Of a DNA stretch of 42,213 bases, positions 10,250 through 19,842 are shown piece by piece (the first letter of the stretch is position 1; each line of letters opens with the position of its first letter). Source of the DNA: Desulfurococcales archaeon (GTDB taxonomy: Archaea > Thermoproteota > Thermoprotei_A > Sulfolobales > Desulfurococcaceae); the NCBI GenBank assembly GCA_027028545.1, contig JALVIT010000028.1, positions 1 to 42,213 of the forward strand, given 5' to 3'. The notes under the pieces were generated by a model. The model did not search any database and was not told the DNA's origin. It saw only the letters and a list, made by a program, of their open reading frames with translations. The translations under genes and the position numbers were made by a program.

Positions 10250-10389
10250 TGGGCCCGGGGGGATTTGAACCCCCGACCACTGGGTTTCCCCTGCCTCGCT
10301 CCAGATCTCTTTCATCCCCACTAAATAGGTCAACAAACCCAGTGAAAAGACCTGGAGCCCAGCGCTCTGCCTGGCTGAGCTACGGGCCC
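10250..10389 (-). tRNA. tRNA-Trp (anticodon CCA) with a 66-nt intron at canonical position 37/38
   Basis: Manual fold: acceptor GGGCCCG/CGGGCCC, D arm GCUC-AGCCAGGCA-GAGC, anticodon stem CUGGG/CCCAG, spliced loop CUCCAGA, T arm GGGGG-UUCAAAU-CCCCC, discriminator A. A BHB is readable: central helix CUCC/GGGG flanked by 3-nt bulges AG|G and AA|A. Confidence 0.88.
10286..10351 (-). other. tRNA-Trp intron (BHB-type)
   Basis: The boundaries follow from the cloverleaf and the symmetric 3-nt bulges. The intron contains two 10-nt segments complementary to the exons (see findings). Confidence 0.75.
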
Positions 10390-10413
10390 ATCAGAGGTCA
10401 TCCTTTGTTGTCG

Positions 10414-10423
10414 TTTTATTATG
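10414..10423 (-). promoter_or_regulatory. TATA-like box upstream of tRNA-Trp
   Basis: acataataaaac on the minus strand, about 25-34 nt upstream of the tRNA 5' end. Confidence 0.35.
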
Positions 10424-10457
10424 TTTATTGTTTTGGGTTTTATAGTTTTCGGGGTTT

Positions 10458-11516
10458 TTATTGTGGTAGTTTTTTGATTCCCCATATTTTTATGTTCATT
10501 ATTTGTTGTTTTTTCTCGAATAGTTTCTTTAGTGCTTCGTCTCCTTTATAGTCTAGTATTCCCCCTATGGTTGTTTTAGCGGCTTTTATATCGTGTGTTT
10601 TTGGATCGTATATTATGTGCGAGTCTATATCTTCTCCACGTATACTTATCATTATTAACGGGTATTCTTCCCCACCTATAGCTTCACTAGCCATATCTAT
10701 AAGCTCCTTCGGAGATGATGGTAGGGGCATGGTCTTCCTAGATATTAGTGAGCAATGCATGAGTAGTTGGGCAATCCATAATGGGTCAAGCAGTTTATTC
10801 TCCAACTCCTCCCTAGGGGGAAGAGATATCTCAGGCTTAACAGGTCTTGAGGGTTTCGGAGGAGGTGTGGGAGGCTTAGCCGGTGGAGCCGCCGGTTTTC
10901 CGGCCGGAGGCTTCTCAACACCGGCTGGTCTAGAAATTATACCCTCCCTCTTAAACTCCGTCAGTGGGAGAACGGCGGGCTTCTCCTCCCCAACCTCCCG
11001 TTTAGCCTCTACGGGTCTAGCCGGTTTAGCAGCGGCAGGCTTTTTGACATTCTCCTTCACAAACTCCTCGATCCTAGAAGCTATATCGGACAACATGTGC
11101 TTAACCAAACCGGACTTCTCAGCTCTAGCTGTAGCATTAATATCTATACGTGTATTAACGTTCTCACCCACAGCTCTAATATAGATAGCCATCTCAACCC
11201 TAGAACCAATAATAGTTATCGAGAAGGTATTTCCAGACTCCCTCTTAACAGTTAAAAGGATCTTATCAGTCAGCTTCGAAAACCTCCTCCTATACGAAAC
11301 CTCATATATAAAACCCTTCTCAGTCTCCCCCCTAAGCTTGAAGTAAGGTAAATCCTTAAACACATCACCGATCCCGCTCAAAACCTCCAATACACGATCA
11401 ACATCTGCAGAAACAATAAACGATCTCCTATAAGGTATCAACGACACACTAAACACCCACACATCTAAGTCTACGATAGTATTAAGGGTAATAGAAGTAT
11501 TAAAATAATCCCTCAA
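10458..11516 (-). CDS. hypothetical two-domain protein with a proline-rich linker (N-terminal SRPBCC/CoxG-like)
   Basis: 352-aa ORF with a TTG start (uncertain). The N-terminal half has an SRPBCC-like beta/alpha pattern. The central linker reads PPAGKPAAPPAKPPTPPPKPSRPVKP. The C-terminal domain is unknown. Confidence 0.6.
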   Translation of the reverse strand: MRDYFNTSITLNTIVDLDVWVFSVSLIPYRRSFIVSADVDRVLEVLSGIGDVFKDLPYFKLRGETEKGFIYEVSYRRRFSKLTDKILLTVKRESGNTFSITIIGSRVEMAIYIRAVGENVNTRIDINATARAEKSGLVKHMLSDIASRIEEFVKENVKKPAAAKPARPVEAKREVGEEKPAVLPLTEFKREGIISRPAGVEKPPAGKPAAPPAKPPTPPPKPSRPVKPEISLPPREELENKLLDPLWIAQLLMHCSLISRKTMPLPSSPKELIDMASEAIGGEEYPLIMISIRGEDIDSHIIYDPKTHDIKAAKTTIGGILDYKGDEALKKLFEKKQQIMNIKIWGIKKLPQ

Positions 11517-11630
11517 AACATACAGTGATAATAGAGTATTCCCCGATGAAGAGGGAACCCGGGTATAAACCCGTAGGCTGAAACCGATCTAGGAGATGTA
11601 GACTAGGCCCGCATTAGAGGGGATAGAAGC

Positions 11631-12233
11631 CTAGTATGGTTTACGCCACAACTCCCTCATCTTCCTCCTCTTCTCCAGGAATGTCTCCCTCTCAATGTAT
11701 CGATAAACCGTTCCATGCCTCCTACCCTCGATCAACAGCTCTACAGCTCTCTTAGCAATATTTGCCGATTCGAAATCGCCTATAATCGCAACATAGTGTT
11801 TATATACCGATATATACGTACCAGTCATCTCCTCTATAATCCTCCTAGCCTTACCACCCTCACCGATAATCCTCCCCTTAACCCTCTGAATATGGTTCGG
11901 TTTATCACCAACATACTGCTTCAAATCAATAACTATGAGGACCTGATCCTCATCTAACAGCCTAAAAGCCCTCTCAGGGCTGAATCCATAGGCTATAGCT
12001 CTAACAACATCTCTAGCCTTCATAAGCTCCAACGCCGTAGTATTTGGCGATGCAGGCTCGATCATAACCATACCGGTTGTAGAATCTACAGTTATCAATG
12101 TATTAGTCCTCTTCATAAGCTCCTCCTTAACCCTACCACCCTCACCGATCAAAACCCCTAATCTATCCGGTGGAACCCTCTCATATAGACGGGTAACACC
12201 CATACTCAGCCTTCCCTTCTCATCCCTAAGCAT
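11631..12233 (-). CDS. KH-domain RNA-binding protein, Dim2/Pno1-like
   Basis: Two KH-type GxxG motifs (IGEGGRV, IGEGGKARR) and the conserved position downstream of rio1 and aIF-1A. The start may be the internal MGVTRL. Confidence 0.8.
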   Translation of the reverse strand: MLRDEKGRLSMGVTRLYERVPPDRLGVLIGEGGRVKEELMKRTNTLITVDSTTGMVMIEPASPNTTALELMKARDVVRAIAYGFSPERAFRLLDEDQVLIVIDLKQYVGDKPNHIQRVKGRIIGEGGKARRIIEEMTGTYISVYKHYVAIIGDFESANIAKRAVELLIEGRRHGTVYRYIERETFLEKRRKMRELWRKPY

Positions 12234-13024
12234 TCCCCCATCTCCTCCAACAACTCCTCTAGACTATAAATATCCTCTAATCCTACCTCTCTATAGAAAA
12301 ACCTATTAATATTAACTATATCCCTCTCAAGGAATAAGTGGGCATTAGGATGCTCGGGAGGTACTGCCTGTCCAACATCTATAACCACTATATCTAGATC
12401 CGGTTTAACCATTATATTGTATTCAGAGTAGTCTCCATGGACTAATCCAGCGCTACAAACGATCTTCTTAAGCTCCTCAACTACGAGCTCATAAATATGT
12501 TTAACCTCATCATAGGATAGATCATTATAAACCTCAACCAGTAGCGGATACCTCCTATTATCCTCACCCATAAACTCCATAACCAACACATTATTCCTAT
12601 AAGCTATAGGTCTTGGAACCTTAACACCCGATTCATACATCCTCTTAAGATTTCTAAACTCCTTACGCGTCCACGTATATATTAGACTCCTCGTATCCCT
12701 CGGACGAAAGCCTTCAAACCTTGGATCGCCTATGATGTATTTAAGGATCCCCTTCTTAAACATAGCTGTGCTCGTAAAGTATATTTTAACCGCATACCTC
12801 TCCCCTCGAGGCCCATAACCTAGATATACTCTAGCCTCCTTACCGGCACTGATTACACCATTCATCCTCTTAATTATCCTTCTACGTATTAGTTCGTATA
12901 GTGTTAGAACTGTTTTTGTATCGAAGACCTCCTCAACCGTTTCATATAGATCCTTATCCTTAATCCTCTTAAGCTCCCTCTTACTCGTATAATCTATTAT
13001 GTCGGGTAGCTCGTCTCGACTCAT
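12206..13024 (-). CDS. rio1: RIO-type serine/threonine protein kinase Rio1
   Basis: Motifs ISAGKEARVY, LVHGDYSEYNIMV and VVIDVGQAV. There is no N-terminal wHTH, so this is Rio1-like. The start overlaps the aIF-1A stop (ATGA). Confidence 0.9.
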   Translation of the reverse strand: MSRDELPDIIDYTSKRELKRIKDKDLYETVEEVFDTKTVLTLYELIRRRIIKRMNGVISAGKEARVYLGYGPRGERYAVKIYFTSTAMFKKGILKYIIGDPRFEGFRPRDTRSLIYTWTRKEFRNLKRMYESGVKVPRPIAYRNNVLVMEFMGEDNRRYPLLVEVYNDLSYDEVKHIYELVVEELKKIVCSAGLVHGDYSEYNIMVKPDLDIVVIDVGQAVPPEHPNAHLFLERDIVNINRFFYREVGLEDIYSLEELLEEMGECLGMRREG

Positions 13025-13359
13025 ATAAACTCACTCAAAGCCTCTAAGAACTCCCTAGGTAATACACCCTTCTCGACGAGCTTAGCAACCTCGCCACGGG
13101 TATATCTATGTAGAACCTCACCCCGGTTTGGTGAAAAGTCCCATATACCAACTAGGACTATATCACCCTCATTCATCCAAACCCTTCGACGCATCTTACC
13201 GGGTATACGCACCTTTCTATCAACACCGTCTAGGCATTTAACAACTAGATAATCCCCTCCAAGGAGCCTGATCACTCCGCATAGCACTGTACCCTCGGTT
13301 GGTAGTGGTGGTTCCTTACTTGTCTCCTCCCTTCCCCTCCTCTTTTTCTTCTTAGGCAT
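13021..13359 (-). CDS. eif1a: translation initiation factor aIF-1A
   Basis: 112 aa with a basic N-terminus and an S1/OB pattern (VIRLLGGDYLVVKCLDGVDRKVRIPGKMRRRVWMNEGDIVLV). Confidence 0.9.
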   Translation of the reverse strand: MPKKKKRRGREETSKEPPLPTEGTVLCGVIRLLGGDYLVVKCLDGVDRKVRIPGKMRRRVWMNEGDIVLVGIWDFSPNRGEVLHRYTRGEVAKLVEKGVLPREFLEALSEFI

Positions 13360-13373
13360 GTATTCTCACCATG

Positions 13374-14447
13374 TTAATCAGATTGTTCTTTAACCATATA
13401 GGTTTTATCTTTCACTCTAACCCTACTCACATGATCGCCTACCTTGACGTTCTTCAACCCCTCAGTCCTAGGATACTCTACCATCTCACCAGTCTCCTCG
13501 TCTAGTAGGTATATACTAGACTTATCTACAGCTATAACCTCATACTCCCTCTCATAAACCATGTAGCCAGGCTTCTTGATCCTCCCTCTCCAGTAGTCTT
13601 CATGCCTATAATGCTCCCTCTCACCGGATCCAAGCTTCTCAACATATATACCATGTCTATCAACCCTTCGGACAACCGCCGGCTCACCTTCGACCTCCAC
13701 GAGATCCCTCTCATGTATATCCGGTAGCCTAACTGAGAGAGTTGTTATACCCTTCCAAGACCCCTTATCCGGCTGGTATTTTGTGGGCTTGAAGGACTCT
13801 GTAACCTTAGCACCAGTCTCACGGCTTATAATGGTCGATAACCTACGGGCTGCAACGCTTGAAAGCATCTTAATATCTAATCCATGCTTATCCTCCTTAA
13901 CCTCTACAACCTCCTCGGCAATACCCGGCTCCCCGAGAACCTTCTCAACAAGTCTCTTCTCATCCTCCTCCAGATACCCCCTACTACTCCTAATCTGGAC
14001 CAATGCCTTATGTGTCTTCCCAGCTATTGATAGGCATCTGGGACATAGCTTATGTTCCAGTACTAGTTTTACCTCCTCTTCAACCTCCGCCGGATATGTC
14101 TCCGCTAGTAGTATGTGCAGTTTAACCTTAACGGCGTGTTGCGACTCGTTGATCTTATATATTGGCGATATAGCTTCTACATCCAATAATGTTACATCCC
14201 TATATAGTAGTCTATGGGATTCGCCTAGGATGACTCTACGTATAACCTCCTCGATCGGCAGTGGATCGTTCCACACCCCCCTATAGAGCCATGAACCACA
14301 TCGCGGACAAATAGTTATCCTTAGGAGGGGTGTTGTCGAGAATATTCCATGATATCTTATATAGCAGTCGGGGCATAAGCCATTGATTAACGGCTCATCC
14401 TCCCCAACGATCCTCCCACAACGTATACAGTATCTCTCCCTAGGCAT
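13374..14447 (-). CDS. nmd3: NMD3-family 60S subunit biogenesis/export factor homolog
   Basis: N-terminal CxxC clusters (CIRCGR...CPDC...CPRCGS) followed by the NMD3 body, with a conserved archaeal neighbourhood. Confidence 0.8.
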   Translation of the reverse strand: MPRERYCIRCGRIVGEDEPLINGLCPDCYIRYHGIFSTTPLLRITICPRCGSWLYRGVWNDPLPIEEVIRRVILGESHRLLYRDVTLLDVEAISPIYKINESQHAVKVKLHILLAETYPAEVEEEVKLVLEHKLCPRCLSIAGKTHKALVQIRSSRGYLEEDEKRLVEKVLGEPGIAEEVVEVKEDKHGLDIKMLSSVAARRLSTIISRETGAKVTESFKPTKYQPDKGSWKGITTLSVRLPDIHERDLVEVEGEPAVVRRVDRHGIYVEKLGSGEREHYRHEDYWRGRIKKPGYMVYEREYEVIAVDKSSIYLLDEETGEMVEYPRTEGLKNVKVGDHVSRVRVKDKTYMVKEQSD

Positions 14448-14451
14448 CCCC

Positions 14452-14787
14452 TCACCTCCTCAGGACTAGGAGTTGTGCATGGGGTACGCCGTTTATCTCT
14501 ATAATTGCATCCCTATGTATAAGCCCCTCCTCCAAGGCTCTACCAACAATCCTCCTCCCAACAAGGTTTGCTATGTCGGCCTTGGATAATTCACGTATCG
14601 CTCTATCAACGGATAATAGATCACCCTTATAGAAGTTGGGGTCGATATAAAACTTTATCCCCCTCCCCTCATCGATAAGGGTTTCACCGAGGAGTTCAGC
14701 ATCACATATAGCTACAACTAGGTATCCCTCAGCATAGTGCTTCTTAACATAGACCATTCCAAGCCCTAGTCTAAGCTTATCGATCAT
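14452..14787 (-). CDS. DUF424 family protein
   Basis: 111 aa. VVAICDAELLGETL...GIKFYIDPNFYKG is typical of archaeal DUF424. Confidence 0.7.
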   Translation of the reverse strand: MIDKLRLGLGMVYVKKHYAEGYLVVAICDAELLGETLIDEGRGIKFYIDPNFYKGDLLSVDRAIRELSKADIANLVGRRIVGRALEEGLIHRDAIIEINGVPHAQLLVLRR

Positions 14788-14887
14788 ACCTATCCCGATA
14801 CACCATATAATTATAAATACGTCCTATGTAGAATTCTCCTAAAACCCCCTCTTAAATAATAGTTTCAAAACGATCTAGACATGGTGT

Positions 14888-15325
14888 TTAGAAGGCTTCT
14901 AGGGTTGTTTCAGCACCGCATGCTTGGCACTTCAATATGAATACTTTACCAACTTTCTTCAACACTGTAAATCTACTACCACATGTTGGGCATATCACGT
15001 ATTTCTTGACGAACATTTCGAGCAACCTATTAATTATGTGTGGTCCAAACCTACCCTGAATGATCAGCTGTCCAGACTCCCCTAAGAATGCTGGTGCTCC
15101 AAGCTCCTTCATATAATATCTCTGAAGGATCTTTGGGTCACGGTTCAATATGTCAGCGATCTTTGCGAAGTTCAGTATTATCGTTTTACCACCCACGATC
15201 ATAACCTCAGCCTTAGGCGGTTCAAAGGTTTCTCCATCAACAGGTTTTGATGGTAGTTTACTATAAGCTCTATCCAGTAACTCCTCATAACTATACTCTC
15301 TAACCCTCCTAGCCATATAGATCAT
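14888..15325 (-). CDS. eif2b: translation initiation factor aIF-2 beta subunit
   Basis: YEELLDRAYSKLP near the N-terminus and a C-terminal zinc ribbon CPTCGS...CQACGA at 145 aa. Confidence 0.9.
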   Translation of the reverse strand: MIYMARRVREYSYEELLDRAYSKLPSKPVDGETFEPPKAEVMIVGGKTIILNFAKIADILNRDPKILQRYYMKELGAPAFLGESGQLIIQGRFGPHIINRLLEMFVKKYVICPTCGSRFTVLKKVGKVFILKCQACGAETTLEAF

Positions 15326-15462
15326 CCTCCGTTATCTTTAAAGACATATTATTAATCAACTACTATAGATTGGGGTAATATAGTTATTCTAATAGTCTGA
15401 GAGATCATGGCTGGTTATAAGGGGATATTTTTCTAGGGTTATATAGAGGGTATCAAGGGGGG

Positions 15463-16755
15463 ATGGATATGGCTAGAGTATACATAGAGACCTATGGCTG
15501 TGCATTAAACAGAGGAGATGAGGCTATAATGAAGACAGTGTTGAGCAGTAGAGGGCATAATATAGTTGATTCACCGATGGACGCAGATGTGTTAGTAGTT
15601 AATACATGCACTGTGAGATATGATACAGAGCTTAAAATGATTAAGAGGATCAAAGAGTTGAGAAGATATGCCTTGGAGAATGATAAGAAGCTTATAGTAG
15701 CCGGGTGTATGGCTAAAGCACAACCATACCAGGTAGCACGTATAGCTCCAGAGGCTAGCCTAGTATCACCACAGAACTCATCGAGAATATGGATGGCTGT
15801 AGAAAACCCCGGCAGGATCATACTGCTCGACGGAGAGAGGGATCGGAGAAGTATTAAGGCATGGGTTGAGAAACATATAGCATACATACCCATACAGGAG
15901 GGATGCCTAGGAAACTGTAGCTTCTGCATCACAAAGCTAGCTAGGAGGAGGCTTACAAGCTACCCAATAAAATACCTCGTCGAAGCAATTAGAGAAGCTG
16001 TTGATAAGGGAGCTGTAGAGATCGAGCTCTCCGGCCAGGATACAGCATCCTATGGATTAGATATATATGGCAGACAAAAACTACCGGAACTGATCAATGA
16101 AATTAAAGAGGTTGAGGGGAACTATATGGTTAGAATAGGTATGATGAATCCGGATACCATGATTAATATACTGGACGAGCTGTTGGAGGCTATAAGGGAT
16201 AATCCAAGAATATACAGGTTCCTACACATACCCCTCCAGAGCGGCAGCGATAAAGTGTTGAAGATCATGCGTAGGAAATACACCGTAGACATGTATAGAG
16301 AACTAATAAGGGAGATTAGAAGGAAGATACCCGGTATAAGCATTGCTACAGACATAATAGTCGGTCATCCGGGTGAGGACGAAGAGGATTTCCAAGAGAC
16401 AATCAATATTATCAGAGAACTTGAATTTGAAAGAGTTCATGTAGCAGCGTATAGCCTCAGACCAAACACGTATTCAGCATCACTACCACAGATCCCGACC
16501 AGGGTTAAGAAGGATCGAATGCTTAGGATCCTTAGAGTGGTTGAAGAAGTGGGTGGGAAGATCCATAGGAGATATATGGGTATGGGTGTAGACGTATTCA
16601 TAACAGAGTATGATCGGAGATGGATCGGTAGGATGGATAACTACATCCCGGTAGTGATATATGGAGATAATGGATTAAACTATGGCAGAAGGGTTAGGGT
16701 TAAGATAACGGATTATACATTCTTCGACTTGAGAGGTGTATTATCCGTAAATTAG
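15463..16755 (+). CDS. radical-SAM tRNA methylthiotransferase (MiaB/MtaB/CDKAL1 family)
   Basis: N-terminal UPF0004 cysteines (YGCALN, NTCTV, AGCMA), radical-SAM CLGNCSFC, and a C-terminal TRAM-like region. Confidence 0.85.
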   Translation: MDMARVYIETYGCALNRGDEAIMKTVLSSRGHNIVDSPMDADVLVVNTCTVRYDTELKMIKRIKELRRYALENDKKLIVAGCMAKAQPYQVARIAPEASLVSPQNSSRIWMAVENPGRIILLDGERDRRSIKAWVEKHIAYIPIQEGCLGNCSFCITKLARRRLTSYPIKYLVEAIREAVDKGAVEIELSGQDTASYGLDIYGRQKLPELINEIKEVEGNYMVRIGMMNPDTMINILDELLEAIRDNPRIYRFLHIPLQSGSDKVLKIMRRKYTVDMYRELIREIRRKIPGISIATDIIVGHPGEDEEDFQETINIIRELEFERVHVAAYSLRPNTYSASLPQIPTRVKKDRMLRILRVVEEVGGKIHRRYMGMGVDVFITEYDRRWIGRMDNYIPVVIYGDNGLNYGRRVRVKITDYTFFDLRGVLSVN

Positions 16756-16765
16756 CCAATATATC

Positions 16766-17590
16766 CTAGTATTGTTCTAAGAACTGTATTACCGGATTAT
16801 ATTTTGCCAGAGACTTATTTATCTTCTCAACTAGTCTAAGTAGATCGCTTAGTCTTACAGGTAGGCTTGTTGGAAATGCCCTTATGATTATAGATACCTC
16901 TCCGCCGCCGATCCTTCTAATAACTATCTTTTTCTCATCGATCCTAAACACACTTAATTCTAGCCTCTTAATTGAGTCTATAACATCGTTGACAACCGTC
17001 ATAGGATCTCCTTCTGCATGGCTTAGCTTGATCAGTAGCTGTATTGATGGTATGTACTCCGTCATTATACTATTAACTAGGAGGGTGTTTGATACATATA
17101 TCCTCCTACCATATATATCCTCTATCGTCGAGTTTAACGGCTCTATACTTATGATCCTACCATAGACTGGTTTATCGTGGTGGGGTAGTTTAAACTCATA
17201 TGTTCTACCATGGATGTGCCTGAGTAGTTGTAGGTTTATATATGCTAGGAACTCCCTCAATTCGTAGAAGAATAGTATTATCGATGCGATTATTAATAAT
17301 GCAACCGTTACAACAAGCATATACGCCGTAACAACTAGCTCTAAGAAGGCTACAAGTATTATGAATATCGAGATGACATCTATTAATCTTATAAGTGTTG
17401 ATTTAGTCCCAGCAGATATCCTACCCCTATTCATTAAGGCTGTTATGAATCTAGCTAAGATTATCCGGATGACAACTACTAGGAGGGTTATCGCTATAGC
17501 AGTCCACATTTTAAAGATTATTGATTCTACGGGTCCATAAACCACTGTAGTTGTAGTATTATTCGCTGCATCGAATACTATATCGTTCAT
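16766..17590 (-). CDS. MscS-like mechanosensitive channel family protein
   Basis: Three N-terminal TM helices followed by a beta-domain pattern (VYGRIISIEPLNSTIEDIYGRRIYVSNTLLVNSIM) like the MscS core. Confidence 0.5.
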   Translation of the reverse strand: MNDIVFDAANNTTTTVVYGPVESIIFKMWTAIAITLLVVVIRIILARFITALMNRGRISAGTKSTLIRLIDVISIFIILVAFLELVVTAYMLVVTVALLIIASIILFFYELREFLAYINLQLLRHIHGRTYEFKLPHHDKPVYGRIISIEPLNSTIEDIYGRRIYVSNTLLVNSIMTEYIPSIQLLIKLSHAEGDPMTVVNDVIDSIKRLELSVFRIDEKKIVIRRIGGGEVSIIIRAFPTSLPVRLSDLLRLVEKINKSLAKYNPVIQFLEQY

Positions 17591-17593
17591 ACC

Positions 17594-18238
17594 TCATCCC
17601 TTAAAATACTTCTCCACATCCTTCTCCCTAGATAATACTATTAACTGGTATCCGGGCAGTAGCTTATCGGTTAGTCTTGGGGGTCTATAATGTTTGCCGT
17701 CGAATAATAATATTATCCTAGTATCCTCCGGAAGCTTTAAATCCTTAATCATGGTTCCAACAATGGGATCGGTTTCGACAACAGATATAGTATATAACAC
17801 GTATTCACCAAACATTAATAATGGTTTCGGCGTTACAACGCTCTCCATATAGTTACTGATCACAGATGCTACTAGTGATGGCTGAGATACCGGGATACCC
17901 AGTCCAAGCTCATATAGTAGATCGGCTAATCCGGGATTAATTATCTTCGCTATACGATATGGTACATTATAGATCTTAGCTATTGCTAGGACGAATAGAT
18001 TTATCACGTCGGAACCCGTTAATGCTATAACCATATCTATGGTATCCATCTCTAGATCGCTCGTGTATAGTGTTACATCTGTAGCGTCCTTACCTATTAC
18101 AAATATATCGTATTTACTCGATAATTCAACCCTTCGATCGGGATCCCTCTCTACAACGTATACTTGATGCTTCTTCAAATCAATATAGTTGAGTAGTTGC
18201 TCAGCTACCCTACCCCCACCAATCACTAGGATCTTCAA
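17594..18238 (-). CDS. trkA: K+ transport NAD-binding subunit TrkA
   Basis: Rossmann MKILVIGGGRVAEQL plus a C-terminal RCK_C-like domain, adjacent to trkH. Confidence 0.85.
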   Translation of the reverse strand: MKILVIGGGRVAEQLLNYIDLKKHQVYVVERDPDRRVELSSKYDIFVIGKDATDVTLYTSDLEMDTIDMVIALTGSDVINLFVLAIAKIYNVPYRIAKIINPGLADLLYELGLGIPVSQPSLVASVISNYMESVVTPKPLLMFGEYVLYTISVVETDPIVGTMIKDLKLPEDTRIILLFDGKHYRPPRLTDKLLPGYQLIVLSREKDVEKYFKG

Positions 18239-18274
18239 CTATATATTCACCTATTAACAACTAATACATCACGG

Positions 18275-19711
18275 TTATTTAATAACCTTCACTATCTCCC
18301 TACCAGCAATATATCCTATGAGTAGATATAGGTGAACATACTCTATACGTCCTAGAAGCATTAGAGCCATAATAGTCCCCTTAACCCCTAGAGGGGCCGA
18401 TGGCGATACAACTCCAACGCTTAAACCAACGCATCCAGCAGCTGATGTCGCCTCGAATAATGTATCTACGAAGCTGAAACCATATATCGTCATATAGACT
18501 GCACCAATGAATATTGCTGCCGCATGTATTATCGTGAATAGGAGGGCTTGGGAGATCTCCTGCTCGCTGAGGGGGCTTCCATCAACCCTTAAAGCCTTCT
18601 CAACCCTCCCACTAATTATACTCGATAAAGCCGAATACTTGATCTTTTTAACTATTACTAGTAGGCGGAAGCTCTTAATACCTCCAGCCGTTGAGAAAAC
18701 CATTCCACCGAAAAACATTGATGAGATGAGTATGAGCTTTGTAGTTGTTGATAAACCGGCTATAGTTCCAATGTTGAAACCGGTAGTAGTCATACCTGAT
18801 ACTAGGTTGAAGGGTCCGGCTACTAGGCTATACCATATATTGTATCCATCCACAAAGGTATATGATAGAATCGTTAATCCGGATAAGATGAGCATTGTGT
18901 ATAGATATGTTCTAAACTCTTCACTCCTCCAAACCCTCCTCAAATCACCTTGTAGGAGCCTATCTAGTAGTACGAAGTTCATACCTCCGAGGAACATCAA
19001 GACCATGATGGGTATGTATGTTAGTGGAGCCCTCTGAAAGATCACTGGATAACCTTTATCATATGTAGACATACCGCCAGTTGCAACGGTTGTTAATACG
19101 TGGTTGAAGGCTTCATAAAAGTTCATACCGGCGTAGACATATGCTATTATGCCAGAGATCGTTAGGATCAGGTAGATCCTTATAAGCCTCCAAGCCGTGC
19201 GGTAAAATGTAGCCTCGATCTTTAACGGTCTCTCAACACCATATGCTGAAGCACCTAACTGGTGGAAGTAAGGGAATAGAACCATGGCAAATACAACTAC
19301 TCCAAGCTCACCTGTCCACTGCATAAGGCTCCTCCATGTAACTATTGAGGGCTTCATATAGTCTAAACCAGTTAGGACTGTGAATCCTGTCCCCGTGAAT
19401 CCCGATATTGATTCAAACCATGCATCGACTAGGTCTATCCTTAGGGATAACATTAGGGGGAAGGATGCCTCGAATGTTATTAGAGGCCATGCGATCGCTG
19501 TCACAAGTATCCCTTCGAATAGTGTTAGTGGTTTAGCCTCAACCCTTTGAAACATGTAGCCTATACCTATGAGGAGGAGGGCTGTTAGTAGGAATGGCAT
19601 AGTTATACTCCTATACGTCAATATGTCTATGAGGGGGACGAGGAGCATAAGTATACCTATAACGATCTCGAGGGCTCCGACAACCTTAACGATATTCCTC
19701 CAATACACCAT
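18275..19711 (-). CDS. trkH: K+ transporter membrane subunit TrkH
   Basis: Polytopic protein with four pore-loop-like glycine motifs (GFTGTGFT, VATGGMST, MTTTGFNIG, STAGGIKS). Confidence 0.85.
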   Translation of the reverse strand: MVYWRNIVKVVGALEIVIGILMLLVPLIDILTYRSITMPFLLTALLLIGIGYMFQRVEAKPLTLFEGILVTAIAWPLITFEASFPLMLSLRIDLVDAWFESISGFTGTGFTVLTGLDYMKPSIVTWRSLMQWTGELGVVVFAMVLFPYFHQLGASAYGVERPLKIEATFYRTAWRLIRIYLILTISGIIAYVYAGMNFYEAFNHVLTTVATGGMSTYDKGYPVIFQRAPLTYIPIMVLMFLGGMNFVLLDRLLQGDLRRVWRSEEFRTYLYTMLILSGLTILSYTFVDGYNIWYSLVAGPFNLVSGMTTTGFNIGTIAGLSTTTKLILISSMFFGGMVFSTAGGIKSFRLLVIVKKIKYSALSSIISGRVEKALRVDGSPLSEQEISQALLFTIIHAAAIFIGAVYMTIYGFSFVDTLFEATSAAGCVGLSVGVVSPSAPLGVKGTIMALMLLGRIEYVHLYLLIGYIAGREIVKVIK

Positions 19712-19842
19712 CCTACACCGTAGTAGTTGGGGATCTAAGACATTAGCCCGTTCATCATCCCAATTACTCAGACCCGTGACTCCTTCAGCACCGAGTCTAT
19801 ATTTTCAATAATGGAGAGAATAAAAACTATTCCCCATATACG

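Noticed and set aside
10235-10259. Inverted repeat GGGCCCATC...GATGGGCCC overlapping the tRNA-Trp 3' end and trailer
   Set aside because: It is largely a consequence of the self-complementary GGGCCC acceptor sequence. It is too short to call a terminator or attachment site.
10222-10551. 109-aa + strand ORF
   Set aside because: It runs antisense through tRNA-Trp and its promoter region, and its composition is not protein-like.
10567-11184. 205-aa + strand ORF opposite the 352-aa gene
   Set aside because: It is the Gly-rich mirror image of the proline-rich linker on the other strand. The minus-strand ORF is longer and has domain-like flanks.
11540-11630. GC-richer intergenic stretch with GATGAAG ... 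CTGA that could be a C/D box sRNA
   Set aside because: The C box is non-canonical, the box spacing of about 25 nt does not fit the archaeal 12-nt guide architecture, and there is no C'/D' pair. Evidence is insufficient.
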